A DNA stretch of 64,000 nucleotides, from NCBI GenBank assembly GCA_963668675.2, contig CAXXMB010000001.1, forward strand, positions 1,152,001 through 1,216,000, written 5' to 3'. Below the pieces are notes generated by a model that ran no database searches, had not been told where the DNA came from, and worked only from the letters and a program-made list of their open reading frames with translations. Source of the stretch: an uncultured Desulfatitalea sp. (GTDB taxonomy: Bacteria > Desulfobacterota > Desulfobacteria > Desulfobacterales > Desulfosarcinaceae). The position numbers and the translations under genes were made by a program. Positions 10,285-19,441 of this stretch are shown piece by piece; the stretch's first letter is position 1; each line of letters starts with the position of its first letter.

Positions 10285-11094
10285 ATGGTATTCTCAGCAC
10301 GGATCAAACCGACCTCGGATGAATCGCCTGAAGGCATCTACTTCCTTTTCGCTGGAGGGCGACTGCTGATCAAAAGAGAAGAGAATGACATCTCCATTCC
10401 TGTCTACAACGATATCGATGCAAGCGGCATCACCGTTTTAAATCGGCAGTATTTCGGCGATCTGGATGGTAACCCGTGCTATGCGGGTGAAGTGGAAAGA
10501 GGCGTTGAAGCCTCCGAAAAACTGGAGCTGGAGGACTTACGGACCCTGCTCACAAGGCTCGATGAGGAGGTGGTCTGGATAGCCGGCCGCGCAAAGCAAT
10601 TGGCCCATTGGAACAAAACACACCAATTTTGCGGCGCCTGCGGGCGAGCCACCGTGGACAAAGCCGGTGAACGGGCCAAGATGTGCCCCCACTGTAACAT
10701 CACCAACTACCCGCGCCTCTCTCCTGCAGTCATTGTTGCCGTTGTTCGCGATAACGAGATCCTTCTGGCCCGCAACCAACGATACAAAATCCCTATCTAT
10801 AGTGTCCTGGCGGGTTTCGTAGAACCAGGTGAAACCCTCGAGGACTGCATCCATAGGGAGATAAAGGAGGAGGTCGGCCTCTCAGTAGATAATATCCGCT
10901 ATTTCGGCAGTCAACCGTGGCCGTTCCCCGATTCGTTGATGATTGCCTTTACGGCCGAATACAGCAGCGGTGAGATTGAAGTAGATCTTTCGGAGCTGAT
11001 AGAAGCCAGGTGGTTTACAAAAAAGAACCTGCCCCGGGTTCCTGTCAACATCAGCATCGCAGGCAAGTTGATCGATTGGTTTTGCAGAAGGTGA
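10285..11094 (+). CDS. nudC: NAD(H) diphosphatase NudC
   Basis: Zn ribbon CxxC...CxxC, Nudix box GETLEDCIHREIKEEVG, SQPWPFPDS signature. Confidence 0.95.
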   Translation: MVFSARIKPTSDESPEGIYFLFAGGRLLIKREENDISIPVYNDIDASGITVLNRQYFGDLDGNPCYAGEVERGVEASEKLELEDLRTLLTRLDEEVVWIAGRAKQLAHWNKTHQFCGACGRATVDKAGERAKMCPHCNITNYPRLSPAVIVAVVRDNEILLARNQRYKIPIYSVLAGFVEPGETLEDCIHREIKEEVGLSVDNIRYFGSQPWPFPDSLMIAFTAEYSSGEIEVDLSELIEARWFTKKNLPRVPVNISIAGKLIDWFCRR

Positions 11095-11141
11095 AAACCG
11101 GGTCGCAATTCAGGGCGTCCCTTCGGTGCCACCCGTTTTCA
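11092..11141. terminator. Hairpin between convergent nudC and the PilZ-domain gene
   Basis: TGAAAACCGGGT ... ACCCGTTTTCA imperfect stem. Confidence 0.5.
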
Positions 11142-11155
11142 GGTATGCGTATGCG

Positions 11156-12136
11156 CTAGGAAGTTGCTACTTCGTGAATGACAGTCCTCAGGATGGCCAT
11201 CTGATTGATGGTGGCGCTCCCAAATTCGATGCCGAGCCCGTTTGAATCTCTGCGGACGATCACACCACCAATCTGACACCCCTTATCCAGACTGTGGCTG
11301 AAGAAAGAGACGGTGATCTTTTTTCCTACGGAAAAGGGGCCTTTGGTTTCAAGGTAGACACCACTCAGGCTGATATTGCTGATCTTCCCCTGATGGGTCC
11401 ACTCATCATAGATAAAAGAGATCTCCAACGAGCACTTGAACCGTTTGTATCTTCTCTTCTCGTTTTTTTTCTCGGGCGTTTCGTCTTTCATACGCCCACT
11501 TTCAAGCAACAGGCTCATCAATGGAACGTTTATGTTTCTCTCGCGGTCCGGCAATTGGTAGTCAACGACAATCAGCGGATTCTCCATCGTCAGGATGGCA
11601 AAAGCCCCTTCCTTGCCAGTGAGATCATCTATTTCGGCATCGATGAGATCACCCGAGTGGCAATATAAACAGCCGCGCTTTCCTTCCGATGAGACAACAA
11701 TAGTACATGTCTTGTCTTCCAGTTCGATCATCTGCAGAAAAGCAGCGATGCTGATGCCGCGCAACTGCCCGCCACTGTCGATATCGAACTCGGCCATGAT
11801 CATCTCGAGCAGCAAGTTGACATCGACCGGCAACTCGAACTGAATTTTGTATTCGAAGGCCTTCACGAGTTTGGCAAGCTTGGACTTACGCTCGGCCAGA
11901 ACGATGAATTTCGTCTCTTTGTACTGCCGCAGTTGGTGATCAAGCAGATCCATCTCCTTTGCCGTCATTTTGGTCCCGGCGATCACGATGTCTGTTTTGA
12001 CCAACTGCAGCAGATCAATGGCCTCCACAACCGAACCGGCCGCTACGACCTTGAAAAAGTCGCCCGGTCCACTGAGCAGCTTGATGAAATTTTCACGAAC
12101 GTATGGCCGCTCTTCTATATACAAAACCGTTTTCAT
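11156..12136 (-). CDS. Pseudo-receiver + DUF4388-like + PilZ domain protein
   Basis: REC-like N-terminus; GISIAAFLQMIELEDKTC DUF4388-like block; PilZ RRYKR and NISLSG motifs. Confidence 0.8.
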   Translation of the reverse strand: MKTVLYIEERPYVRENFIKLLSGPGDFFKVVAAGSVVEAIDLLQLVKTDIVIAGTKMTAKEMDLLDHQLRQYKETKFIVLAERKSKLAKLVKAFEYKIQFELPVDVNLLLEMIMAEFDIDSGGQLRGISIAAFLQMIELEDKTCTIVVSSEGKRGCLYCHSGDLIDAEIDDLTGKEGAFAILTMENPLIVVDYQLPDRERNINVPLMSLLLESGRMKDETPEKKNEKRRYKRFKCSLEISFIYDEWTHQGKISNISLSGVYLETKGPFSVGKKITVSFFSHSLDKGCQIGGVIVRRDSNGLGIEFGSATINQMAILRTVIHEVATS

Positions 12137-12265
12137 TTTTGTTATCGCTCCGACCTCACACGATCACACCGTCCATGCGCCCCAACCGGCATGAAAAAAC
12201 TCATTAACACCCATTCGGTTAGGTTTCAAGGTATTGGAATTTCTATAAATGTTAACGAAATAAAT

Positions 12266-12300
12266 CAAAGCCGTGCGGCAAGAATACCGTCACGGCCTTG
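12266..12300 (-). terminator. Probable intrinsic terminator after the fadH-like gene
   Basis: Minus strand GCCGTGACGG...CCGCACGGC followed by TTTGATTT. Confidence 0.55.
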
Positions 12301-12334
12301 CTTGCATTGGTTGCTCGGATTCGAGTTGCCGGGG

Positions 12335-14338
12335 TTACACCTCCTGGCCTGCCCGGAAGCCCTGGTGAATGGCGTCTATCGCCTGAGCCACCTGGCGGGC
12401 GTCACCAACGGTCATACACGTAATTCCCTTCTTCTCGACGATATTGGTCAATACGTTTTGGGACGTTGAACCGATGGCCAGCACCACGGTGTCAGCCGGC
12501 ACGAACTGGTTGCCTTCGGGGCCTTCGATCTGAATCCCCTCCTGGGTGATTTCAACGGCCTTGGTCACGGTCAATTTTTTGAGTCCGGTTCGATCCATCT
12601 CCTGGAACATGCACCATTTGGTTGATTTGCCGATATCCTTGCCGATTTTATCCAGCATCTCTATCAGCAGAATCTCCTTGGTGCCTTTGACTGCCAGTTC
12701 GTAAAGCGTTTCGGGATCTTCGGCGCGGTTGACCAGCAGGAATTTAACCGCATCGCCGGAGAGGGTTCCCTTTTCGGCCAGGAACAAGGCGGTTTCAACA
12801 CCAACGGCACCACCACCGACAACGACCACCCGGCGGCCGACATGCACTTTGTTCTGAAGCACATCCCACGCCTGGACCACATTGGGCAGTTCGGCACCTG
12901 GAATGGCGGGTTGAATCGGTTCCGCCCCGGTCGCCACGATAACAGCGTCCGGCTTTTCCGTATCGATAAGCGCCTCGTCGACCGCCTGCTTGAGGCAGAC
13001 CGTAACCGGACTGACGGCCACCTGTTTGGCGAGATCTTCGGCCAAGGCGGCAAATTCATCCCTTCCCGGAGGTGCTGCAGCCAGGTAGAGTTGACCTCCC
13101 AAACGATCGCTGCGTTCGTAAAGGGTGACCTGGTGCCCACGCTCTGCAGCCGCCACAGCGGCACTCATGCCAGCGGCACCACCACCGACGACCATCACCT
13201 TGCGCTGCACCTCTGCGGGCACGGCACGCGTCTCTTTCTCTCTTCCGGCCCTGGGATTGCAGAGGCATTCGACCGATTTAAGCTTGAAGAGGTTGTCGAA
13301 GCAACCCTGGGCACAAGCGATGCAGTGCACGATCTGATCGTCTTTTCCCGTTCGCGCCTTTTCCGGGAGATATGGATCTGCAATCAAGCTGCGTCCCATG
13401 GCCACCATGTCGCACATACCGTCACCAATCACATCCCTGGCCGTGTAGGGGTCGTTGATGCGATGGCTGGCGATAACCGGTACCGACACCTTCTCTTTGA
13501 TACCACGGGAGAGATAGGCGAACACCCCCCTCGGTACAGCGGTAATGATCTGCGGCACCCGCGCCTCATGCCAGCCGACATTGATGCAGAGGGCATCGAC
13601 GCCAGCCTGCTCAACGAGCGCCTGGGCATACGCCTGCAGTTCCAGCCTTCCCTGCCCGCCGGGCATAAAATCGTTGCCGTTCATACGGACGATCACGGGA
13701 TAGCTCTCCCCGACAGCGTGCCGTATGGCCTGCATCACTTCGATGCCGAAACGCATGCGATTTTCGAGATCACCGCCATATCGATCCTCGCGCGTGTTGG
13801 TAAGCGGGGAGAGAAATTCACTGATCAGATAACCGGTTCCGCTCAGAATCTCCACTGCGTCAAACCCGGCTTTCTTCACTCGTAGCGCAGCTTGGGCGAA
13901 ATGGTCGATCACCTCCGCAATCTCATCAATGGTCAAGGCCCGGGGTGTCTCCCGGGTCATGCGGGAGGCGATGGCCGAAGGGGCCACCGGCTGCTTTCCG
14001 TCGAGAAAGAAGGATGAATTGTATCGTCCGGCATGATTGATCTGAACGGCCGATCGGGCGCCGTTTTCATTGATGGCCGAGGCAAGCTTTGCCAAGCCTG
14101 GAATAAACTCGTCTTTGTGGGCCCCAATGTTCTGAGTATTGCCGGACAGTTCATCCACTGTTGCATAGCCAACGACGATCATCCCTGCGCCGCCCCTGGC
14201 CCGCTCGGCATAAAACTCCACCAGTTGATCCGTTACCTCGAAATTCACCGCCATGTTCATATGCATGGCCGGCATGTAGATTCTGTTTTTAATCTCGACT
14301 TGATTGATGACGATCGGCTCAAATAATGGATCCCGCAT
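12335..14338 (-). CDS. fadH: 2,4-dienoyl-CoA reductase (NADPH), FadH-like
   Basis: GTGYLISEFLS, GWHEARVP (FadH-type His), CIACAQGC FeS motif, FAD/NADPH domains. Confidence 0.8.
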   Translation of the reverse strand: MRDPLFEPIVINQVEIKNRIYMPAMHMNMAVNFEVTDQLVEFYAERARGGAGMIVVGYATVDELSGNTQNIGAHKDEFIPGLAKLASAINENGARSAVQINHAGRYNSSFFLDGKQPVAPSAIASRMTRETPRALTIDEIAEVIDHFAQAALRVKKAGFDAVEILSGTGYLISEFLSPLTNTREDRYGGDLENRMRFGIEVMQAIRHAVGESYPVIVRMNGNDFMPGGQGRLELQAYAQALVEQAGVDALCINVGWHEARVPQIITAVPRGVFAYLSRGIKEKVSVPVIASHRINDPYTARDVIGDGMCDMVAMGRSLIADPYLPEKARTGKDDQIVHCIACAQGCFDNLFKLKSVECLCNPRAGREKETRAVPAEVQRKVMVVGGGAAGMSAAVAAAERGHQVTLYERSDRLGGQLYLAAAPPGRDEFAALAEDLAKQVAVSPVTVCLKQAVDEALIDTEKPDAVIVATGAEPIQPAIPGAELPNVVQAWDVLQNKVHVGRRVVVVGGGAVGVETALFLAEKGTLSGDAVKFLLVNRAEDPETLYELAVKGTKEILLIEMLDKIGKDIGKSTKWCMFQEMDRTGLKKLTVTKAVEITQEGIQIEGPEGNQFVPADTVVLAIGSTSQNVLTNIVEKKGITCMTVGDARQVAQAIDAIHQGFRAGQEV

Positions 14339-14408
14339 TTGCCCCCCTTTTCTGGTGATGAATGCATTACCGGTAGTTTTTGGCTCAATTTAGTTAGTAT
14401 ACAAAACG

Positions 14409-14843
14409 TTAGGTCGGTGGTAGAAAATCCCTTAAAAGTCTTTTGAGAATGATCTTCTCCTCTGTGCTGAAGCCTGATAAAATAGACGTATTGGCCAAAT
14501 CCCTCATTCGAATCAGTTCGGCAGATTTGGTTTTTGTTTTCGGTGCGAGATAGATCCGCAAGATGCGCTTGTCGTTGGAATCGACCTGCTTTTCAATCCA
14601 TCCCCCCTCGGCGAGACGGTCGAGGACGCCTGAAACCGTTGCGTTGTCCAAAACGAGCCTCCTACCGATATCGCCTGCAGTCAACCCGTCCTCTTCCATG
14701 AGTACCTCGAGGATAAGTGCCTGAACAGAAGTCAACCCGTAGGGCTTCAACCTCAGTTTGAGGTCATTCTGGGATTTCTGGTAGGCCTTGGCCAGCAGAA
14801 ATACGATACAGTCTGCGTAACTCATTCTCGATTTCCTTTGCAT
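14409..14843 (-). CDS. MarR-family transcriptional regulator (true start may be 14825)
   Basis: wHTH with LDNATVSGVLDRL and DKR wing motif. Confidence 0.92.
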   Translation of the reverse strand: MQRKSRMSYADCIVFLLAKAYQKSQNDLKLRLKPYGLTSVQALILEVLMEEDGLTAGDIGRRLVLDNATVSGVLDRLAEGGWIEKQVDSNDKRILRIYLAPKTKTKSAELIRMRDLANTSILSGFSTEEKIILKRLLRDFLPPT

Positions 14844-14911
14844 GCAAAATAATTAAAAACCCGAGAGGGTGTCAAGCAATTTTACGATGTCAATAAGGAG
14901 GATGACGCTTT

Positions 14912-15544
14912 TCAGCTTTTGGGGGAGTAATGCTCGGTGCCCTCTTCCGATGCCTCTGCCCGATACTGGCCCGAATAGTTTCGAGAGTAAGCCAACAGCT
15001 CTGGGAAAAACGAAAGGAAGTCCGTTTCGAGTTGCCGGTAATTGGATTCGATCTCCACAATTCCGCCCACAAACCGCTCACCCCTGCTGAGTCTGCCGGC
15101 GATACGGTCAAGGACGATGGAGAGATTTCGAAGATGCCTGTATCCTCCGAGCCAATCATATGCAACCATTCTGGTCAGCACGGGTTGGATACCCGCAACT
15201 TCCCGCATTGGATCTCTTTTTAACTGGGCGTATACCCTTTGACAAAAATCGGCCAGTGGTTCGCTCGTGTAGCGGTTCCAGTGGCGCGCCAGAAAGTGAT
15301 CGTAACAGACGTCTACGATGATGCCCGCAAATCGGCGCCTCTGCCGGCTGATGCGGTTCCGGCTGACACGGGTCACCGCGTGGGTGTCTGAAAAGGTGTC
15401 GATCCTGCGGTGAAACAGAATTGCGTCCCTTATCTTCGGCTCAAAGGAGAGAAAGGCCCTTCCCTTTACGAAGTCACCCAACAGATGGCCGATCAGCGAG
15501 TCGTTATTCGTGTCTGCGATATAAAGGTGGGCGAGAAAATTCAT
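14912..15544 (-). CDS. acpH: ACP phosphodiesterase (AcpH/DUF479 family)
   Basis: MNFLAHLY, LGDFVKG, HRRIDTFSDTH, DVCYDHFLA. Confidence 0.88.
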   Translation of the reverse strand: MNFLAHLYIADTNNDSLIGHLLGDFVKGRAFLSFEPKIRDAILFHRRIDTFSDTHAVTRVSRNRISRQRRRFAGIIVDVCYDHFLARHWNRYTSEPLADFCQRVYAQLKRDPMREVAGIQPVLTRMVAYDWLGGYRHLRNLSIVLDRIAGRLSRGERFVGGIVEIESNYRQLETDFLSFFPELLAYSRNYSGQYRAEASEEGTEHYSPKS

Positions 15545-15747
15545 CTGCTTTCTGATTTACATATCCTTTGGGAAGTACGCTGGAAAGCGTAAAGCGTACC
15601 ATCCCTTTGCGCAACTCTTTTCCCTGCCGGTGGCCATATTCAATGAAATGCTGTGCATGGCCTTTTGCCCTAGAGGCAAGGATATGGTATGGCCGAACTA
15701 TCGTTACCGGAGGCAAAGCCGGTCAAACCGCCAGAAAGAGGTATATC

Positions 15748-16494
15748 ATGCAAACGTATAAAATCCACCCCATCGTTATGGGTACCAAGCAGTTCGATAA
15801 GACCATGATGACCTACCAGCATGATGCCGGGAAACCATACACCATACCCATCTACTGCTGGTATCTCGAAGGGAGCGACCGAAGAATTCTGGTCGACACC
15901 GGGGAGATGAATCCCATTCAATCGGACGATCGCCAGAAGGCTATTAACGGCCCCATCCACACCTTTGAGCAAGGCCTCTCCAAATGGGGGCTCAAGCCCG
16001 AAGATATCGATATCGTTATTCACACCCACCTGCACAACGACCACTGTGAGAACGACTATAAATGCACACATGCCAGGTTTTATATCCATGAGCTGGAGTT
16101 GCGCCAGATCCACAATCCACACCCCCTGGACTACCGCTACCTTGACGACTATATCTTGGAAATTGAGGAGAACGATCAGATAGAGACAATCACCGGCGAC
16201 ACAACCATCTGCCCGGGGATCGAGGTGCATCACACCCCGGCCCACACGCCAGGTGGCCTCTCGGTGATGGTGGAGACGTCCCTGGGAAGAGCGGTGATCA
16301 CTGGATGTTGCACCATTGATGAAAACTTCAACCCACCCAAGGAGGTCCGGGCTATGGAGATGGAGGTGATCCCACCGGGCACCCATGTAAACGTCTATCA
16401 GGCCTATGACATTCTTAATGATATCAAGTCAATGGCAGACATCCTGATCCCGTTGCATGAACCGCGTTTTGCCGCCGTGGATACCATCGGGTAG
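15748..16494 (+). CDS. Metallo-beta-lactamase fold hydrolase, AHL-lactonase-like
   Basis: ILVDTG, HTHLHNDH, HTPAHTPG, C-terminal PLHE; start moved to the ATG after a GAGG SD. Confidence 0.85.
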   Translation: MQTYKIHPIVMGTKQFDKTMMTYQHDAGKPYTIPIYCWYLEGSDRRILVDTGEMNPIQSDDRQKAINGPIHTFEQGLSKWGLKPEDIDIVIHTHLHNDHCENDYKCTHARFYIHELELRQIHNPHPLDYRYLDDYILEIEENDQIETITGDTTICPGIEVHHTPAHTPGGLSVMVETSLGRAVITGCCTIDENFNPPKEVRAMEMEVIPPGTHVNVYQAYDILNDIKSMADILIPLHEPRFAAVDTIG

Positions 16495-16705
16495 TGGCGC
16501 CCGGGGCACATCGTGCGGCATTCGCGGGCAAGCGAGTCACATTACCATTTGGTAATCGACGCGTCATCTTCCCGTCATCTCGCACTGGTAGATGACCCTA
16601 CCAGGCGGAGCTGTATCGATATATCCGTCTAAACACCATACGCAATTGTGATGGATTCAAACGCCAAGGCCCTCGATCGGAAAGATCGTAAGAACTGAAA
16701 CATAG

Positions 16706-16742
16706 AAAAAGGCCTGAAGCACTATGTCTCTCCAGGCCTTTG
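16706..16742 (-). terminator. Intrinsic terminator downstream of tRNA-Leu
   Basis: Minus strand AAAGGCCTGGAG...CTTCAGGCCTTTTT. Confidence 0.75.
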
Positions 16743-16749
16743 ATTTTTT

Positions 16750-16836
16750 TGGTGCCGAAGGGGAGACTCGAACTCCCACCACCGTACGGTGACTAGACCC
16801 TGAACCTAGCGCGTCTACCAGTTCCGCCACTTCGGC
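16750..16836 (-). tRNA. tRNA-Leu(CAG), 87 nt, CCA encoded
   Basis: GCCGAAG acceptor stem, anticodon loop TT-CAG-GG, long variable arm, GTTCGAG T-loop, ACCA end. Confidence 0.97.
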
Positions 16837-16890
16837 CGGTTTGCACAAACGCAAGCGTTGAAGAAGGTTGCTTTCGTGCAGAGGATGCAT

Positions 16891-16919
16891 TAAATATATG
16901 GATTCCTCTGGAGTGTCAA
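16891..16919 (-). promoter_or_regulatory. sigma70-like promoter for tRNA-Leu
   Basis: TTGACA-N17-TATTTA. Confidence 0.55.
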
Positions 16920-16950
16920 GATTTAAAATGGTGCAAACTGGATGATCAAA

Positions 16951-17892
16951 ATGAATATTGTTTCTCACTTGGAAGCCATCGAAAAGCCCTTCAACAATGC
17001 CGTTATCACCATCGGTAACTTTGATGGCGTTCATATCGGGCACCAGGCACTTTTTCACAGTGTGGTCGAGAAGGCTCACGATCTCAACGGTACGGCCGTG
17101 GCCATGACCTTCGATCCCCATCCCATGAAAGTACTCGCACCTGAGGGGCAGCCACCAAAAATTACCCTGGCCGAGCAGAAACGTGAGTTGATTGCCAAGA
17201 CGGGTATGGATGTTCTGATCTGCATCCCTTTCACCAAATCGTTTGCCGCCATCTCAGCCCGCAGTTTCATTGAGGACCTGATGATTAAAAAGATCGGTAT
17301 GCGAGCCATTGTCGTGGGAAATGACTACGCCTTTGGCCGAAACCGGGAAGGCAATATAGAAATGCTGCACCGATTGGCCGATGAACTTGACTTCGAGGTG
17401 ATCGTAGTGGACTGGATCCAGGGAGCCAACGGAAAAGCGCATCGCATCAGCAGTACCCATATTCGAGAACTGGTGATGGATGGCCAGATGGAAGAGGCCA
17501 AGCGCATGCTCGGCCGCTACTATCAAATCCGCGGCATTGTAGCCGGAGGACGCAACAGAGGCGGCAGGCTGTTGGGATTTCCAACGGCCAATCTAAACCT
17601 TCAGGATGAATTGTGCCCCAAGCAGGGGATCTATGCCGTCACCGTCGAGCACAATGGAACAACCTACCAAGGTGTGGCCAACATCGGATATAGCCCCACC
17701 TTTGATGACCACCTCTTCACCATAGAAGTCCATCTATTGGATTTTAATAAAGATATTTACAGTGATCGTATTCGTGTCAACTTTATCCGACGACTGCGGG
17801 ACGAAATAAAATTTGAGGGTATCGATGCCTTGTCCGCCCAGATCAAAAAAGATATAAGCCATGCCCGAACTATCCTGGCAGAGTTGCTATAG
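16951..17892 (+). CDS. ribF: Bifunctional riboflavin kinase/FAD synthetase (alternative start 16942)
   Basis: TIGNFDGVHIGHQ, ISSTHIR, GFPTAN, IEVHLLDF. Confidence 0.97.
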   Translation: MNIVSHLEAIEKPFNNAVITIGNFDGVHIGHQALFHSVVEKAHDLNGTAVAMTFDPHPMKVLAPEGQPPKITLAEQKRELIAKTGMDVLICIPFTKSFAAISARSFIEDLMIKKIGMRAIVVGNDYAFGRNREGNIEMLHRLADELDFEVIVVDWIQGANGKAHRISSTHIRELVMDGQMEEAKRMLGRYYQIRGIVAGGRNRGGRLLGFPTANLNLQDELCPKQGIYAVTVEHNGTTYQGVANIGYSPTFDDHLFTIEVHLLDFNKDIYSDRIRVNFIRRLRDEIKFEGIDALSAQIKKDISHARTILAELL

Positions 17893-17955
17893 AGGAAAGA
17901 GATGCCTGTCGGAAAGCCTGCCCGAACGACCATACCGATCAAGGAGCATTGATAA

Positions 17956-18471
17956 GTGAGCACGCTGGAGATTGTAACCTATCCTAACGATATCTTGAAA
18001 AACCCTGCCCACCCGGTGGAGCAGATCGATGGAAAACTGCAGGACCTTATCGCCCAGATGGCCGACACCATGTATCAAGCACCGGGAATCGGCTTGGCGG
18101 CAGTACAGGTGAATGTGGACCAGAGTTTGCTGGTTTACGATATTGCCCCCAGGGAAGAGCAACGAGATCTGCATGTCTTGGTCAACCCCAAGATTATCGA
18201 ATCTGAAGGAGAGATCATTTCCGAAGACGAAGGGTGCTTGAGCGTGCCCGAATTCAGAGCTGACGTGAAACGATCGCAACGTATTCTGGTGGAGGGCGTG
18301 GATCGGGAGGGAAAACCACAGCGATTTGAGGCCGAAGGGATGCTGGCCATCGTGCTGCAGCATGAGATCGACCACCTGAATGGTACTCTCTTCATCGATC
18401 GCATCAGCAAGCTGAAACGCCAGCTGTATACCCGCCGCGTAAAAAAGATGATCAAGCACCAAAATCAATGA
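17956..18471 (+). CDS. def: Peptide deformylase
   Basis: [22 protein letters not shown]. Confidence 0.98.
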   Translation: MSTLEIVTYPNDILKNPAHPVEQIDGKLQDLIAQMADTMYQAPGIGLAAVQVNVDQSLLVYDIAPREEQRDLHVLVNPKIIESEGEIISEDEGCLSVPEFRADVKRSQRILVEGVDREGKPQRFEAEGMLAIVLQHEIDHLNGTLFIDRISKLKRQLYTRRVKKMIKHQNQ

Positions 18472-19412
18472 AAAAAGCCCCTGTCATCGTCTTCATGGGC
18501 ACACCCGATTTTGCGGTGCCTTGCCTTTCAGCGCTTCAAGAATCCGGTTTCCGGATCCCTTTGGTGGTCACACAGCCCGATCGTCCCAAAGGCCGCGGCC
18601 GTAGCCTGGCGCCACCGCCAGTGAAAAGAGCTGCATTGCGAATGGGGCTTACCATTTACCAATCGCAAAACGCGAGGGACGAGAGCACCGTTGCCAGGAT
18701 TGAGGCGTTGGCCCCCGATTTTATCGTGGTGGTCGCTTTCGGCCAGATCCTTCCCCGCCCCATTCTTGAGATCCCACGCCGCGGCGCCGTAAATGTGCAC
18801 GCCTCCCTGCTGCCTAAATACAGGGGACCTGCCCCTATTCAGTGGGCGCTGATTCGGGGCGAAAAGGAAACGGGTGTTACGACCATGCTGATGGATAGCG
18901 GTGTCGACACCGGAGATATCCTGCTGAAAGCGACGACCCCGATAGACCCCATGGATACGGCCGATACGCTTCACACCCGGTTGTCTCATATGGGGGCTGA
19001 ACTGCTGGTGGAAACGGTGCTCGGGCTGTGGGACGGCACGCTTTTCCCCCATGCCCAGCGTCCTAACGAAGCCACCTATGCACCCTTGTTGAAAAAGGAG
19101 GATGGCCGCATCAACTGGAAGCAAAACGCAGAGGAGATTGACGCTTTCATCCGTGCGATGACTCCGTGGCCCGGGGCGTACTGCTTTGTGGACGACCGGC
19201 GCCTGAAAATCATCAATGCCCGTCCCCTGGCCGGCGCCGTGCACCAGCAGCGACCTGGAACCGTTCTCGACACCTTCCCGGATGAGCTGCGCATCGCCTG
19301 CAGTGGCGGCGCCCTCCTCGTTACCAAAGTCCAGGGTGCTTCCGGCAAGCGAATGGAGACCTGTGACTTTCTGCGCGGCAACCCCATCGTGCCCGGCACC
19401 CTGATCAACTGA
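18468..19412 (+). CDS. fmt: Methionyl-tRNA formyltransferase
   Basis: [24 protein letters not shown]; follows def. Confidence 0.98.
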   Translation: MKKAPVIVFMGTPDFAVPCLSALQESGFRIPLVVTQPDRPKGRGRSLAPPPVKRAALRMGLTIYQSQNARDESTVARIEALAPDFIVVVAFGQILPRPILEIPRRGAVNVHASLLPKYRGPAPIQWALIRGEKETGVTTMLMDSGVDTGDILLKATTPIDPMDTADTLHTRLSHMGAELLVETVLGLWDGTLFPHAQRPNEATYAPLLKKEDGRINWKQNAEEIDAFIRAMTPWPGAYCFVDDRRLKIINARPLAGAVHQQRPGTVLDTFPDELRIACSGGALLVTKVQGASGKRMETCDFLRGNPIVPGTLIN

Positions 19413-19441
19413 ATCAGAGTCGCCACCAACGGATCCGAACT

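Noticed and set aside
6070..16836. Genomic island integrated at the tRNA-Leu 3' end
   Set aside because: No integrase or transposase, and no convincing direct repeat of the tRNA 3' end found by eye (partial matches near 3672 and 11120 are too short)
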